A DNA stretch of 64,000 nucleotides from Chloroflexota bacterium (GCA_963662335.2 CAXXVD010000003.1:544001-608000), one strand, 5' to 3'. Numbered from the stretch's first letter, positions 38,888-49,052 are shown. Notes: a model not told the origin generated them from the sequence alone. Translations and numbers: made by a program.

Positions 38888-39115
38888 ATGAAGCAAAAGC
38901 TCACCATCACTGTGGACGCCGAATTATTGCCGGCGGCCAAACGGTACGCCCGGTCGCGCGGCGTGTCCCTTTCGTCGTTGATCGAGCGGTCACTCAGGGA
39001 GATGGCCGGGGAGTACTCGCTGTCCTTCTCGTCTCGCTGGCGGGGTAAGTTTCAGGCGGCAGAACGTGAAGACGACCCGCGGTACGCTGCGCTCGCCGAA
39101 AAGTACCTGAGATGA
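38888..39115 (+). CDS. Ribbon-helix-helix antitoxin (DUF6364-like)
   Basis: MKQKLTITVD..L...AKRYA...G.SLS.LIE, ends EKYL; overlaps the PIN gene. Confidence 0.85.
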   Translation: MKQKLTITVDAELLPAAKRYARSRGVSLSSLIERSLREMAGEYSLSFSSRWRGKFQAAEREDDPRYAALAEKYLR

Positions 39116-39519
39116 TACTCCTCGACACCGACCTGCTCATAGACATAGCCTTGGACAGGCGTCCACACGCCGACGCGGCTGCGGAACTACTGGACCGGAT
39201 CGAGCATGGGGCGGAAGCGGCAGCAGTCGCGTGGCACTCCGTCTCGAACTTCTACTATATCGTGGCTCCGGCGCTTGGAGGGGTGGGCGCCCGGGACTTC
39301 ATTCTCGAACTGACCCGCTTCGTAGCGGTAGCGTCGGCCGGCGCCGAGGGCATTCGCTTTGCCGCCGAGTTGCCAATGGCCGACTTCGAGGACGCCATGC
39401 AAGTGGCAGCCGCCCGCGCTTGCGGGGCGCGGCACATAGTCACGAGGAACGTCAAGGACTACGAACGGTCTCCAATTCGTGCGGTTGCTCCCCAAGAGGC
39501 GCTCAGCGAACTGTTCTGA
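39112..39519 (+). CDS. PIN-domain (VapC-like) toxin
   Basis: ILLDTD, DFEDAMQ, IVTRNVKDY. Confidence 0.88.
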   Translation: MILLDTDLLIDIALDRRPHADAAAELLDRIEHGAEAAAVAWHSVSNFYYIVAPALGGVGARDFILELTRFVAVASAGAEGIRFAAELPMADFEDAMQVAAARACGARHIVTRNVKDYERSPIRAVAPQEALSELF

Positions 39520-39590
39520 CACCCAGTGTCCAGTCCCAACCCCATGGTTCGTTCTCCTCGGCGTAGAGGCGGTGCCTAGTTGCGACTCAC

Positions 39591-40403
39591 CTACCGCTCC
39601 CCATGCTCGCCATGCAGCCAGCGCAGGCCGCCAGGCCAGCCTTGGTTGCCCATTGTCAAGATAGCGCGATAGTAATCGTTCAATCTGCTCACCGTGTAGT
39701 CATAACGCTGCGCATCGCGCACGTAGTAGTTGACAACACCGGCTGCTGTAAACTGTTCTGGCGACGTGCACCATGCTTCCGGGCTTTTGTGCCGGTTTAC
39801 CAGTGCAGCGTCATTCATGAGTTCCCACGTGGTCGCGGGCGCGCCGTCGTCCTTGCGATAGATGACGCCCGAATTGGTGTCGACAGCGCCCCAAGTCTCG
39901 GAACGATAGACTTCGACGATAACATGGCCGTTGTACGCCGCATTGAGATTGAAGAGATTCACGATTCGACTTGGAAAGCCGGCAACTTGATACAGTGCAC
40001 ATCCCACGCGCGCCACATCGGTGCACCACTCTGAGCCTCTTTCGATGATCTGCTCTTCTGTTCCGCCGAAACGCATCGCATCCAGTCCACGTGGTCTCTT
40101 CTCGGCTAGACCTCGTGTCGTGTTCGTGATCGCACGAACCAACCGCCCGGGATCGATGACTGAGGGTTTGATTTCAGAAAGGGACTCTTCAAGAGCGGGA
40201 CGAGACCCCTTAGCGTAACCGATATGCAGGCCCGTGAATGCGTCGTATACGTAGGTAGCAGTATCTTCGCAGAGCCTAATCATGCCCGCTGCGAGTTCAC
40301 GATCGACACTTCCCGGAGCATGCGTGTCGTTTTTGAGCATGTATTGGTACGCGCTGCCAAACGCCTTGGGGCCTGTAAATGGTGCAAGTTCCAACATCGC
40401 CAT
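39591..40403 (-). CDS. Transglutaminase-like domain protein
   Basis: WCTDVARV...GFPSRIV...GHVIVEVY...WGAVD giving a Cys-His-Asp triad. Confidence 0.8.
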   Translation of the reverse strand: MAMLELAPFTGPKAFGSAYQYMLKNDTHAPGSVDRELAAGMIRLCEDTATYVYDAFTGLHIGYAKGSRPALEESLSEIKPSVIDPGRLVRAITNTTRGLAEKRPRGLDAMRFGGTEEQIIERGSEWCTDVARVGCALYQVAGFPSRIVNLFNLNAAYNGHVIVEVYRSETWGAVDTNSGVIYRKDDGAPATTWELMNDAALVNRHKSPEAWCTSPEQFTAAGVVNYYVRDAQRYDYTVSRLNDYYRAILTMGNQGWPGGLRWLHGEHGER

Positions 40404-40626
40404 ACCGACAGAGTTTCCTGATAGGGGGGCCGGGCAATATCTGTCTCATTGGAGACCTTTGCGATCTCCCTCTCGGGATCAAGGGAGGAGTGCGGGATGA
40501 GCGTGAAGGATGGTTCTACAGCTATTGGTCGCAATCTATCCACGCGCTACTTAAATCCGGCGTACGTCGGAATGACCGGGTGAATTGGGGGTCTCCAATC
40601 GTGAAATTGGTAATCGTCTACGTCTT

Positions 40627-40652
40627 AGATTCCTCGCTTCGCTCGGAATGAC
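40627..40652. repeat. REP-like half element
   Basis: AGATTCCTCGCTTCGCTCGGAATGAC. Confidence 0.7.
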
Positions 40653-40673
40653 AGGTAACATCAACACTGCCGC

Positions 40674-41933
40674 CTAGCACGAAAGCGCCTGCTTCCGCGC
40701 CTCGTCCCGGTTTGCCTCGCTGGTGCGGCCCATGGCGCGGTAGATTTGGGCGCGGATGCTGTAGACGTCGCGCTCGTTGGGTCCGCTTTCCGCCGCCGCG
40801 TTGGCGTCGGCCAGGGCCGCATCCAGCCGGTCCTTGGCCAGGAAGACCTTGGCGCGCCCCACGTAGGCCCAACTGGCGTTATCGCTCAGTTGCAGCGCTC
40901 TATCCGCGTCGGACTCGGCCGCGCTGAGATTGCCCAGGCCAAGCTGGGCCAGCGAGCGGGTATCGTAGCACTCGGCGCACTCATCGTCGATCTCAATCGA
41001 CCGGTTCGCGTCCTCCAGCGCCTGCTCATACCGGCCGGCCTTGGCGTACGCCCACGCGCGGGCGTTGTAGCCATAGCTGCCCTCCGGCGCCATGGTTATC
41101 TCGCGCGTCGCGTCGTCGATGGCGTCCTCGTACTGCTCCAGCGCCAGGTAGACGGCAATGCGCGCCAGGTACGCCCCCGCCAGGCTGGGCGCCATTTCCG
41201 TAATCACGTTGGCGTCGGCCAGCGCGCTCATGCACGCGCCCACCTTGACGCCCAGATACGCCCGCACGCGGTAGGCCTCCAGGTTTGCCGGATCCAGGAG
41301 AATGGCGTCATCGGCGTCGGCGAGCGCTCGCTCATACTCGCCCATCCCCTGGTACACTTTTGCCCGGGTCAGGTAGCGATGGCCGGTCTCGCTATCCAGC
41401 GAAAGCGCCTGGTTGGCGTCGTCCAGCGCCCGTTCGTAGTCTTCCCGCAGCAAATAGATGTGGGCGCGCAGGCCATAGGCGTCGGCCATACTGGGGTCGG
41501 CCGCGATTACCACGTCCAGGTCTTCCAGCGCCTTGCTCACGCGGTTGAGTTGCAGCGCCACCAGAGCGCGCAGCAAGCGGTACTGCAAGTTCTCGCCGTC
41601 CAGTTCCACCGCGCTGTCCAACTCGCGCATGGCGCCGTCGAAATCGTACTCGTTGAGGTACGCGGCCGCGTTTTGGTAGTGCTCCAGCGCCGCCGCTTCC
41701 GGCCCGCCGCGCATATTGGCAACGGTCTGCTGCTGGAGCGGCTGCAGGAAGCGCGGGTAGATGACGAAGGCGACAAGCGCGACGGCGGCGATGATGCCAA
41801 CGACGATGATGCCGAGCATGCGCTCGCGTTGGGACTTCCACTGCGCCTCCAGGTCGTCAGGGTCGGAGTCCCGAGGGCCGCGCGGCGGTTGCGCGCCGTT
41901 GCCGTCCTCATCCGGGGGCATTTGTTCACTCAT
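40674..41933 (-). CDS. Membrane-anchored tetratricopeptide-repeat protein
   Basis: One TM followed by about nine 34-aa repeats (AY..RA.......Y..AL.DA..A..LD). Confidence 0.88.
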   Translation of the reverse strand: MSEQMPPDEDGNGAQPPRGPRDSDPDDLEAQWKSQRERMLGIIVVGIIAAVALVAFVIYPRFLQPLQQQTVANMRGGPEAAALEHYQNAAAYLNEYDFDGAMRELDSAVELDGENLQYRLLRALVALQLNRVSKALEDLDVVIAADPSMADAYGLRAHIYLLREDYERALDDANQALSLDSETGHRYLTRAKVYQGMGEYERALADADDAILLDPANLEAYRVRAYLGVKVGACMSALADANVITEMAPSLAGAYLARIAVYLALEQYEDAIDDATREITMAPEGSYGYNARAWAYAKAGRYEQALEDANRSIEIDDECAECYDTRSLAQLGLGNLSAAESDADRALQLSDNASWAYVGRAKVFLAKDRLDAALADANAAAESGPNERDVYSIRAQIYRAMGRTSEANRDEARKQALSC

Positions 41934-41972
41934 AGTACCCTCCACGCCAGCGCAATCGGAACAGCGCCGCCG

Positions 41973-42866
41973 TCACGCCTTTGCTACTTTAGGAAACTCC
42001 ACCCACGACGTTACGTCCAAGCCGCAATTGGCGGCCTGGCCGATGCGCACGTCGCCATAGGCGCTGATGAGCATGAAGCCCTCATGGTAGGGCAGGTCCA
42101 GTTCCCGCGCCAGCAGCGCCGACATGTCCGCCACCGCCTCACGGGTGGCGATTTCCAGTGTCTCGCCGTGGCCGTAGGTAATCCACGATGTTTCCGTTTC
42201 CCACCACACCTTCTCCCAACCGGCGTTCTTCACCACCTCGATCTGCACGGTCACGTCGGCGGAGATTTCGATCGCGCCGCCGGTGGCTTCCGCGTCGCCC
42301 ATAGCGGCGTGCACGTCGCCCAGGCCGAACTGCGCGCCCGGTACCCACACCGGCAGGTGCACCACCGTGCCTTCCGCGACGCTGTTGCAGTCCATGTTGC
42401 TGCCGTTGACGTCGGGGTCGGCGGTGTAGACCACCCGGTCCGGCAGCGCCGTGCCCACCACGCCGACCATGGGCCGGGCCGGCAGGCGAATGCCGTTGTC
42501 GAGCACGAGGGAGTCGCCCTCCACGTCCACCATGACAATGGCGGGAAAGTCCGCCGCGTCGTTCAGGATGCCGAATCCGGGCGTAAAGCGCAGGATGCCG
42601 GGCGGCACCAGTTTTATCTCTTCGATGCGGACGTTCAACCCATCGCCGGGCAGCGCGCCGCGCACGGTCACCGGCCCGCACGCCGGGTTCGACTCGCGGG
42701 TCTTGCGCACGGAGAGGTAGTAGTCCAGGTCTTCGCGGCGCTTGATGCGTCCGGTGGAAGAATCGTGGGTCTCGAGCGTGAGGCGGTCGCCGGAATCGAT
42801 CTCGGCTATCGCCGGTACGTCTTTGTCGAAGCTGTACGTGTAGTGCTCCCGCGCGATCCGCTGCAT
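41973..42866 (-). CDS. Acetamidase/formamidase family protein
   Basis: NPACGP..V.GA.PGD, P.VGV.G, G.NMD, GDVHAAMGD.E..GGAIE. Confidence 0.9.
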   Translation of the reverse strand: MQRIAREHYTYSFDKDVPAIAEIDSGDRLTLETHDSSTGRIKRREDLDYYLSVRKTRESNPACGPVTVRGALPGDGLNVRIEEIKLVPPGILRFTPGFGILNDAADFPAIVMVDVEGDSLVLDNGIRLPARPMVGVVGTALPDRVVYTADPDVNGSNMDCNSVAEGTVVHLPVWVPGAQFGLGDVHAAMGDAEATGGAIEISADVTVQIEVVKNAGWEKVWWETETSWITYGHGETLEIATREAVADMSALLARELDLPYHEGFMLISAYGDVRIGQAANCGLDVTSWVEFPKVAKA

Positions 42867-43050
42867 CGTCCGCCTTTCCGCGCCGCCGTCAGCGGCCCGC
42901 CTGCTACCGGCGCTGCCAATTCGCATTCTCTACGGGGACAATAGCACAGACACGCGGCGCATGACTAGGCAGCGCCGCCAGTATCCGTTATTGCCATGAG
43001 AATAACGCGACCGAGTGCGCCCTTGCCCTGAAAATCGCGCCTCATGCTCC

Positions 43051-43120
43051 GTCATTCCCGCGAAAGCGGGAATCCACTGCGTGCGTGGCGAAGATGGATT
43101 CCCGCGTTCGCGGGAATGAC
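43051..43120. repeat. REP-like element, GTCATTCCCGCGAAAGCGGGAATCCA family
   Basis: Complete doublet ending TGGATTCCCGCGTTCGCGGGAATGAC. Confidence 0.85.
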
Positions 43121-43200
43121 GGTCAGCCCCGTTTTCATTCCCCTGGGTGGCCGACGCGCTGCCATGGTGATTGCCATGCGGCCGTCCTCGACGGCAAATG

Positions 43201-43234
43201 GCGGTAGGGGCACGGCATGCCGTGCCCCTACCGC
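43201..43234. repeat. GTAG-type REP, perfect palindrome
   Basis: GCGGTAGGGGCACGGCATGCCGTGCCCCTACCGC. Confidence 0.85.
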
Positions 43235-43292
43235 GGGGCGGTGTTTTGTCCGGGGTGTTAGCGCTTTCACTCACTTGTGTAGCCGCCGCGCG

Positions 43293-43301
43293 TGGTATAA
43301 T
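43293..43301 (+). promoter_or_regulatory. Extended -10 element for recJ-rel
   Basis: TGgTATAAT. Confidence 0.55.
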
Positions 43302-43346
43302 ACCTGCAAAGGATTACTGCATTGACATTCTAAACAAGGAAACTCC

Positions 43347-45080
43347 ATGCTCGCGCCCCGCTACGAGTGGCACGTCGCGTCCCGCGCGCCGGACCCGCTT
43401 TTCGCCGCGTTTCCGGCGCGCACGCCCCTGGTCGTGCAACTGCTCTACAACCGTGGGTATACCACGCCGGAGACCATTCACGGCTTCTTCACGGGCGCGG
43501 ACGTGCGGGAGCACGACCCATTTCTCCTGAAGAGCATGGATGCGGCGGTTGACCGCATCCTGCGCGCGATTCGGGACGGCGAGCAAATCGGCGTCTTCGG
43601 CGACTACGATACCGACGGCATCACCGCCGCCGTGATCCTCAAAGAGGCGCTGGAGTGCCTCGGCGCGCGGGTCATCGTCCAATTGCCGCACCGGGTGGCC
43701 GACGGCTACGGCTTGACCGAACGCATCGTCGCGGCCCTGGCCGCGCGGGGAGTGAGCCTGCTGGTCACCGTAGACTGCGGCATCAGCGCGGTGGAACCGG
43801 TGGCCGCGGCGGCCGCACGGGGCATTGACGTGATCATCACCGACCACCACCAGCCGCCGCCGCAATTGCCGGACGCGCAGGCCGTCATCAATCCCTGGCT
43901 CCCCGACTGCACCTACCCTTTCGCAGAACTCTGCGGGGCCGGTCTGGCGTACAAACTCGGCTGCGCCCTGCTCGCGGCGGCCGGGCTTGACGGCGAATCC
44001 CAGGCGTTCGCAACTGCCGAACTCCGCGCGCTCGCCGCGCTCGCCACCGTGGCGGACGTGGTGCCACTGCGCGGCGAAAACCGCGCGCTCGTTGCGGCCG
44101 GCATCGAGGCGCTGCGGCGCACCGCGCAGCCGGGACTGCGGGCGCTCATGGACGTTGCCGGCGTGCAGCAGGCAGCCATCGACAGCCGCAGCATCGGCTT
44201 CGCGCTGGCCCCGCGCCTCAACGCCGCCGGGCGCATGGCGCATCCCAGCTTGGCCTACGCGCTTTTAACTACCAAGGATCCGGGCCGCGCCGAGGACCTG
44301 GCGGCGGAGTTGCAGCAACTCAACCGGCAGCGCCAGGACGAGACGAAGCGCCTGATGGACGAAGCCCAGCGCCAGGTAGCGCCGGGCCAGGCAGACGAGG
44401 CGCTGCTCTGGGTGGAAGGCGGCGACTGGCCGGCCGGCATCATCGGCCTGGTGGCGGGCCGGCTCAGCGAGGAATACGGCAAACCGACCCTTGCCGTCGC
44501 GGTGGGTGAGGCGGAAGCGGTGGGTTCCTGCCGCAGTATCCAGGGCTACGACATTGCCGCCGCGCTCGCCGCGCACGGCGGCCTGATGCGGCGCCACGGC
44601 GGGCACCCGCAGGCGGCCGGCTTTGCCGTTGCGAATGAACGGCGCGCCACGCTGCGGGACGCGCTGCAAGCCGACGCCCGCCACGCGCTGGACAGCGCGG
44701 CGTTGCAGCCGCAACTGGCCATCGACTGCCAGGTGCCGGCGCAGCGCCTGAACCTGGATACCCTCGCCGACATCAACGTGCTCGCCCCCTTTGGCGCGAG
44801 CAATCCGGAACCGCGCTTCCTCAGCCGCGGCCTCAAGGTGAGCAACAAGCGCACCGTCGGCGCCAACCACCTGCGCGCCACCTTCAAAATCCGGGACGGC
44901 GCGTCCGTGACCGGTATCGGCTTCAACATGGCCGATCGCGCCCGCGGCCTGCGGCAAGGGCACGCGCTCGATGTGGTATATTCGTTGCAAGAGAACACGT
45001 GGGGCGGCTTTTCGCGGCTGGAGTTCGTCTTGCAGGACTTGCAGACGGCCGGCTTCGACCGCGGCGCCCCCGGCCAGTAG
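43347..45080 (+). CDS. recJ: Single-stranded-DNA-specific exonuclease RecJ
   Basis: GDYDTDG, TVDCG, TDHH, PRLNAAGR, GGHPQAAG, PFGASNPEP. Confidence 0.96.
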   Translation: MLAPRYEWHVASRAPDPLFAAFPARTPLVVQLLYNRGYTTPETIHGFFTGADVREHDPFLLKSMDAAVDRILRAIRDGEQIGVFGDYDTDGITAAVILKEALECLGARVIVQLPHRVADGYGLTERIVAALAARGVSLLVTVDCGISAVEPVAAAAARGIDVIITDHHQPPPQLPDAQAVINPWLPDCTYPFAELCGAGLAYKLGCALLAAAGLDGESQAFATAELRALAALATVADVVPLRGENRALVAAGIEALRRTAQPGLRALMDVAGVQQAAIDSRSIGFALAPRLNAAGRMAHPSLAYALLTTKDPGRAEDLAAELQQLNRQRQDETKRLMDEAQRQVAPGQADEALLWVEGGDWPAGIIGLVAGRLSEEYGKPTLAVAVGEAEAVGSCRSIQGYDIAAALAAHGGLMRRHGGHPQAAGFAVANERRATLRDALQADARHALDSAALQPQLAIDCQVPAQRLNLDTLADINVLAPFGASNPEPRFLSRGLKVSNKRTVGANHLRATFKIRDGASVTGIGFNMADRARGLRQGHALDVVYSLQENTWGGFSRLEFVLQDLQTAGFDRGAPGQ

Positions 45081-45099
45081 GAGTGCAAGGGGTTTTCCT

Positions 45100-47517
45100 A
45101 TGGCGCTCGTCCACACTGCCGCGTCGCTTGCGGAGCCGCGCCTGCGCACTATTGACGAGTTGCTGGCGGCCGTAGCCGCCTATGCCGGTGAGCAACCGGC
45201 GGCGCGCAAGCGAGAGCTTGACCGCATTCGCCAGGCCTACGCCTTTGCGGCCCGCGCCCACGCCGGCCAGGTGCGCAAGTCCGGCGAACCCTTTTCACAG
45301 CACCCGCTCTGCACCGCCCTGCTGCTGGCCGAAATCCGCATGGACGCCAGCACGATCTGCGCCGGCTTGCTCCACGACTGCGTGGAAGATACCGAGGTCA
45401 CGCTGGACGACGTGCGCGCCCAGTTCGGCGACGACGTGGCGTTGCTCGTGGACGGCGTCACCAAGCTCACCCAACTCGATTTCCTCAACCTGGAGGACAC
45501 CCAGGCCGAAAATCTGCGCAAGATGTTTCTGGCCATGGCGCGGGACATCCGGGTGGTCATCGTCAAACTGGCGGATCGACTGCACAACATGCGCACGCTC
45601 GCCTACGTGGAACCGGAACGCCAGCGCCGCAAGGCGCAGGAAACCCTGGAAATCTACGCGCCGCTGGCAAATCAACTGGGCATGGGGCAGTGGAAGTGGC
45701 AGTTGGAGGACGCGGCCTTCAGAGTGCTCCACCCGGACGTCTTCCGGCAGATCGAAGCCACGCTGGCGGAAAGCTCCCTGGCGCAGAACGACGTGCTGCA
45801 AGAAGCGGTGCAGACTCTCACCCACGAGCTTGAGAAGGCGGGCATCCAGGGCGAGGTCAGCGGACGGCCGAAGCACATCACCAGCACGTGGTTCAAGATG
45901 CAGCGCAAAGGCGTGGGCATCCTGGAGATCTACGACCTCATCGGCGTGCGCGTGGTCGTGAGCACCGTGCAGCAGTGCTACGCCGCGTTGGGATTGGTGC
46001 ACACGCTGTGGAAGCCGATACCCGGCCAGTTCGACGATTACATTTCGGTGCCCAAGTCGAACAACTACCGCTCGCTGCACACCGCCGTGATTGGCCCGGG
46101 CGGACAGCCGGTGGAGGTGCAACTGCGCACCCAGCACATGCACCAGGAAGCGGAGCTTGGCGTGGCCGCCCACTGGCGCTACAAAGAGGGTGAGCGGGGC
46201 GCCAATGTGCAGGAGCGCCTGGCTTGGCTCCGGCAGTTGCTGACCTGGCAGGAAGAGCTTTCCAGCGCGCGCGACTTTGTGGAGACCGTGAAGGCGGACA
46301 TCTTCCAAGACCAGGTCTTCGTGTTTACGCCCCGGGGCGACGTGAAAGACCTGCCGGCCGGCTCTACCCCGATTGACTTTGCCTACCGCATCCATACCGA
46401 CGTGGGGCACCGCTGCCTGGGCGCGAAGATCAACGGCCAGATCAGGCCGCTCGATACGGAACTGCAGAACGGCGACGTGGTCGATATTCAGGTGAGCAAA
46501 GCGCCCAAAGGCCCCAGCCGCGACTGGATCAACGTCGTCAAGAGCAGCCACACCCGCGAGCGCATCCGCCAGTGGTTCAAGAAGCAGGAGCGAACCGAGA
46601 ACGTCGCCCGCGGCCGGGAGATGCTGGACAAGGAAATCAGGCGCCTGGGACAGGGCGACTTGAATAGCGTGGACGATGCCCGCTTCCGCACGCTCTGCAA
46701 GTCGTTTACCTTCCACACGGCGGAAGACCTCTTTGCCGCCATTGGCTACGGCGCCATTTCCACCCAGCAGGTGGTGGCCAACCTGAGCCGTTCCGGCGAG
46801 CAGGCCGCGCCCGCGAGCACAGAACCGGAATTCTTGCCCACGGAGCCGCGCGCGGATAGGACCACCGGCACCGTGCAGGTCATGGGCGAGGGCAACATGC
46901 TCACGCGCCTGGCAACCTGCTGCAAGCCGCTGCCCGGCGATCACATCGTTGGCTACATTACCCGGGGCCGGGGCGTCACCGTCCACCGCCGCGACTGCCG
47001 CAACGTGCACGGCGCCAAAGACAAGGAGCGCCTGGTGCCGGTGGACTGGGGCGACCAGGTCATTTGCCAGGAAGCGCGCAACCTGCCGCTGCACCTGGCG
47101 CAGTGCTGCGGCCCGCAGGCGAGCGATAAGATACGCGGCTACGTTGTTGACGGCAGCGTGGAAGTCCACCGCAGCGACTGCCGCCGCATTCGCCAGAACG
47201 GCCCGCCGGGGACGCTGGTCACCGTTTCCTGGTCCCGCGCCAGCAAGCAAAACGCCCTCTACCCGGTGGCCCTGCGCGCCGAGTGCCTGGACCGGCCGGG
47301 CCTGCTGCGCGACATCAGCGCCGTTGTGACGGAAGAGAAGTTCAATATCAGCGCCGCCAGCGTGCTCACCGACGGCGGCACGGCCACGATTACGTTTACC
47401 GTGGAAGTAAGCGGCGTGGGCCGCCTGGCCGACCTGATGGCCAAGATCGAGCGCGTGAACGGCGTGGTGGGCGTCCAACGCGACGTGCGCGCCGACCGCC
47501 CGCGGCGCGGGAACTGA
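45100..47517 (+). CDS. rel: Bifunctional (p)ppGpp synthetase/hydrolase (Rel) with a duplicated zinc-finger domain
   Basis: LHDCVED HD motif, KLADRLHNMRTL, YRSLHT, AAHWRYKE, TGS domain (TPIDFAY.IHT), two CC..P..D.I.GY...VHR.DC domains, ACT domain. Confidence 0.95.
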   Translation: MALVHTAASLAEPRLRTIDELLAAVAAYAGEQPAARKRELDRIRQAYAFAARAHAGQVRKSGEPFSQHPLCTALLLAEIRMDASTICAGLLHDCVEDTEVTLDDVRAQFGDDVALLVDGVTKLTQLDFLNLEDTQAENLRKMFLAMARDIRVVIVKLADRLHNMRTLAYVEPERQRRKAQETLEIYAPLANQLGMGQWKWQLEDAAFRVLHPDVFRQIEATLAESSLAQNDVLQEAVQTLTHELEKAGIQGEVSGRPKHITSTWFKMQRKGVGILEIYDLIGVRVVVSTVQQCYAALGLVHTLWKPIPGQFDDYISVPKSNNYRSLHTAVIGPGGQPVEVQLRTQHMHQEAELGVAAHWRYKEGERGANVQERLAWLRQLLTWQEELSSARDFVETVKADIFQDQVFVFTPRGDVKDLPAGSTPIDFAYRIHTDVGHRCLGAKINGQIRPLDTELQNGDVVDIQVSKAPKGPSRDWINVVKSSHTRERIRQWFKKQERTENVARGREMLDKEIRRLGQGDLNSVDDARFRTLCKSFTFHTAEDLFAAIGYGAISTQQVVANLSRSGEQAAPASTEPEFLPTEPRADRTTGTVQVMGEGNMLTRLATCCKPLPGDHIVGYITRGRGVTVHRRDCRNVHGAKDKERLVPVDWGDQVICQEARNLPLHLAQCCGPQASDKIRGYVVDGSVEVHRSDCRRIRQNGPPGTLVTVSWSRASKQNALYPVALRAECLDRPGLLRDISAVVTEEKFNISAASVLTDGGTATITFTVEVSGVGRLADLMAKIERVNGVVGVQRDVRADRPRRGN

Positions 47518-47672
47518 GCGCACGTGCGCGAAACGGGGATTGACTGCCGCCGCAGTAGCTAGGTGTCGCAGGCGGCACGTTATGCAAAGCTACGCTTGCC
47601 ACAATTCTCGCCGGCGCTCATGCACTGCAAAGGACGCAGAGCGCCGTTGGAAAGGAGACTGACAGAATCACC

Positions 47673-48257
47673 ATGGCCACTACCATTTCCGCACCGGCAA
47701 TCGCGCCGACCCGCCGCCGTTTCACCGTGGCCGAGTATTACGCCTTGGCCAAGAGTGGCATCCTGGCTGCAAGCGAACGGGTTGAATTGCTGGAGGGAGA
47801 CATAATCGTCATGCCGCCTATTGGCGACTGGCACGCAACTTGCGTTGACCGCTTTACCAATACGCTACCGCTTCGCTTGCAGGGGCGGGCCATCGTGCGC
47901 GTTCAAGGCCCGACTCGGCTGAATCTGCGCAGCGAACCGCAGCCGGACGTGATGCTGCTTCGCTGGCGAGATGACTTCTACCGGGGAGGCCACCCTAGCC
48001 CCGGTGACGTGCTGCTGTTGATTGAGGTTGCTGACACCAGCGTCGACTACGACCGCGGCGCCAAGTTAACTGCCTATGCCCGCGCCGGCATCCCGGAAGT
48101 GTGGATTGTCATGCGGGAGAACCGCCGCATCGAAGCCTACACCGGGCCGGAAGGGGACACATACACGCAGACGCGGCAGGCCGGTCCCGGCGCTAGCATT
48201 GCGCCGGAGGCGTTCCCCGACCTGGTCTTGGAAGTCAACCAGGTTGTGGCCGGCTGA
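47673..48257 (+). CDS. Uma2 family endonuclease
   Basis: RRFTVAEY, RVELLEG, SEPQPD, LLIEVADTS..YD...K...YARAGIPEVW. Confidence 0.92.
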   Translation: MATTISAPAIAPTRRRFTVAEYYALAKSGILAASERVELLEGDIIVMPPIGDWHATCVDRFTNTLPLRLQGRAIVRVQGPTRLNLRSEPQPDVMLLRWRDDFYRGGHPSPGDVLLLIEVADTSVDYDRGAKLTAYARAGIPEVWIVMRENRRIEAYTGPEGDTYTQTRQAGPGASIAPEAFPDLVLEVNQVVAG

Positions 48258-48338
48258 CGCGGCGGAGCGGCGCACACGTCCACTGTGAAAGAGCCATAGG
48301 CGCTTCCAAATCGACGAGACGATGCTGGAGTTTCAACC

Positions 48339-49052
48339 ATGGCAACGACTGGAACCATCACCAACGCTTGGAAAGTAAGAACGCTGCCGGACATCTTCTA
48401 TGAAGATCCGGAGCCAATCGAGGACGGCATGCTGCAAGACCCGTTCATTCGCCGGATCGCCTATCTGCTCGCTGAGCGCTACGAGGACTCTCCCGACGTG
48501 TTCGTCTCCAGCGGCGGCTTCGTCTTCTACAATCCCAAGAACGGCAACGAGCGGGTCGCGCCTGACTGCTACATCGCCTTCGGCGTGGACGTGGCGGCCA
48601 TCTACGAGAACCTGCCCAACTACTGGATTTGGGAGATTGGCAAGCCGCCTGACTTCGTGCTGGAAGTGGCGTCCAAGAGCACGGCTCAGCGCGACCTGGG
48701 GGTGAAACGAGCGCTCTACGAGCGCTTGGGCATAGCCGAGTACTGGCGCATGGATCCGACCGGCGGCGACTTCTACGGCCAGCCGCTGGCGGGCGACCGG
48801 TTGGTCGACGGCGCGTATGCGCCGTACGAACTAGAGATTGGGCCGGCAGGTACCGTGCGCGGCTACAGCGCGTTGCTGGACGTGGTGTTCTGCTGGGACG
48901 GACGGGAATTCGACGCGCTCGACCCTGAAACCGGCAAGACGATCGGCAAGCGGGAAGCGGCTGAAGCCCGCGCGGAAGCTGAGCGCCAAGCGCGTCTTGA
49001 AGCCGAAGCCGAACTCGCCCGGCTGAGAGCGCAACTCCGCGAACGGGATTAG
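48339..49052 (+). CDS. Uma2 family endonuclease with coiled-coil tail
   Basis: VAPD, PPDFVLEVASKST..RD...KR.LYE.LGI.EYW..DP. Confidence 0.92.
   Translation: MATTGTITNAWKVRTLPDIFYEDPEPIEDGMLQDPFIRRIAYLLAERYEDSPDVFVSSGGFVFYNPKNGNERVAPDCYIAFGVDVAAIYENLPNYWIWEIGKPPDFVLEVASKSTAQRDLGVKRALYERLGIAEYWRMDPTGGDFYGQPLAGDRLVDGAYAPYELEIGPAGTVRGYSALLDVVFCWDGREFDALDPETGKTIGKREAAEARAEAERQARLEAEAELARLRAQLRERD

Noticed and set aside
42685-42700. tRNA T-loop-like GGTTCGACTC
   Set aside because: Lies within the amidase CDS (opposite strand) with no cloverleaf
42930-43325. Short ORFs over REP clusters (also 10686-10907, 37195-37648, 58657-59080, 62340-62531)
   Set aside because: Translations of palindromic repeats (RHSRESGNP, VIPAKAGI, VGARHAVP), a common annotation artefact
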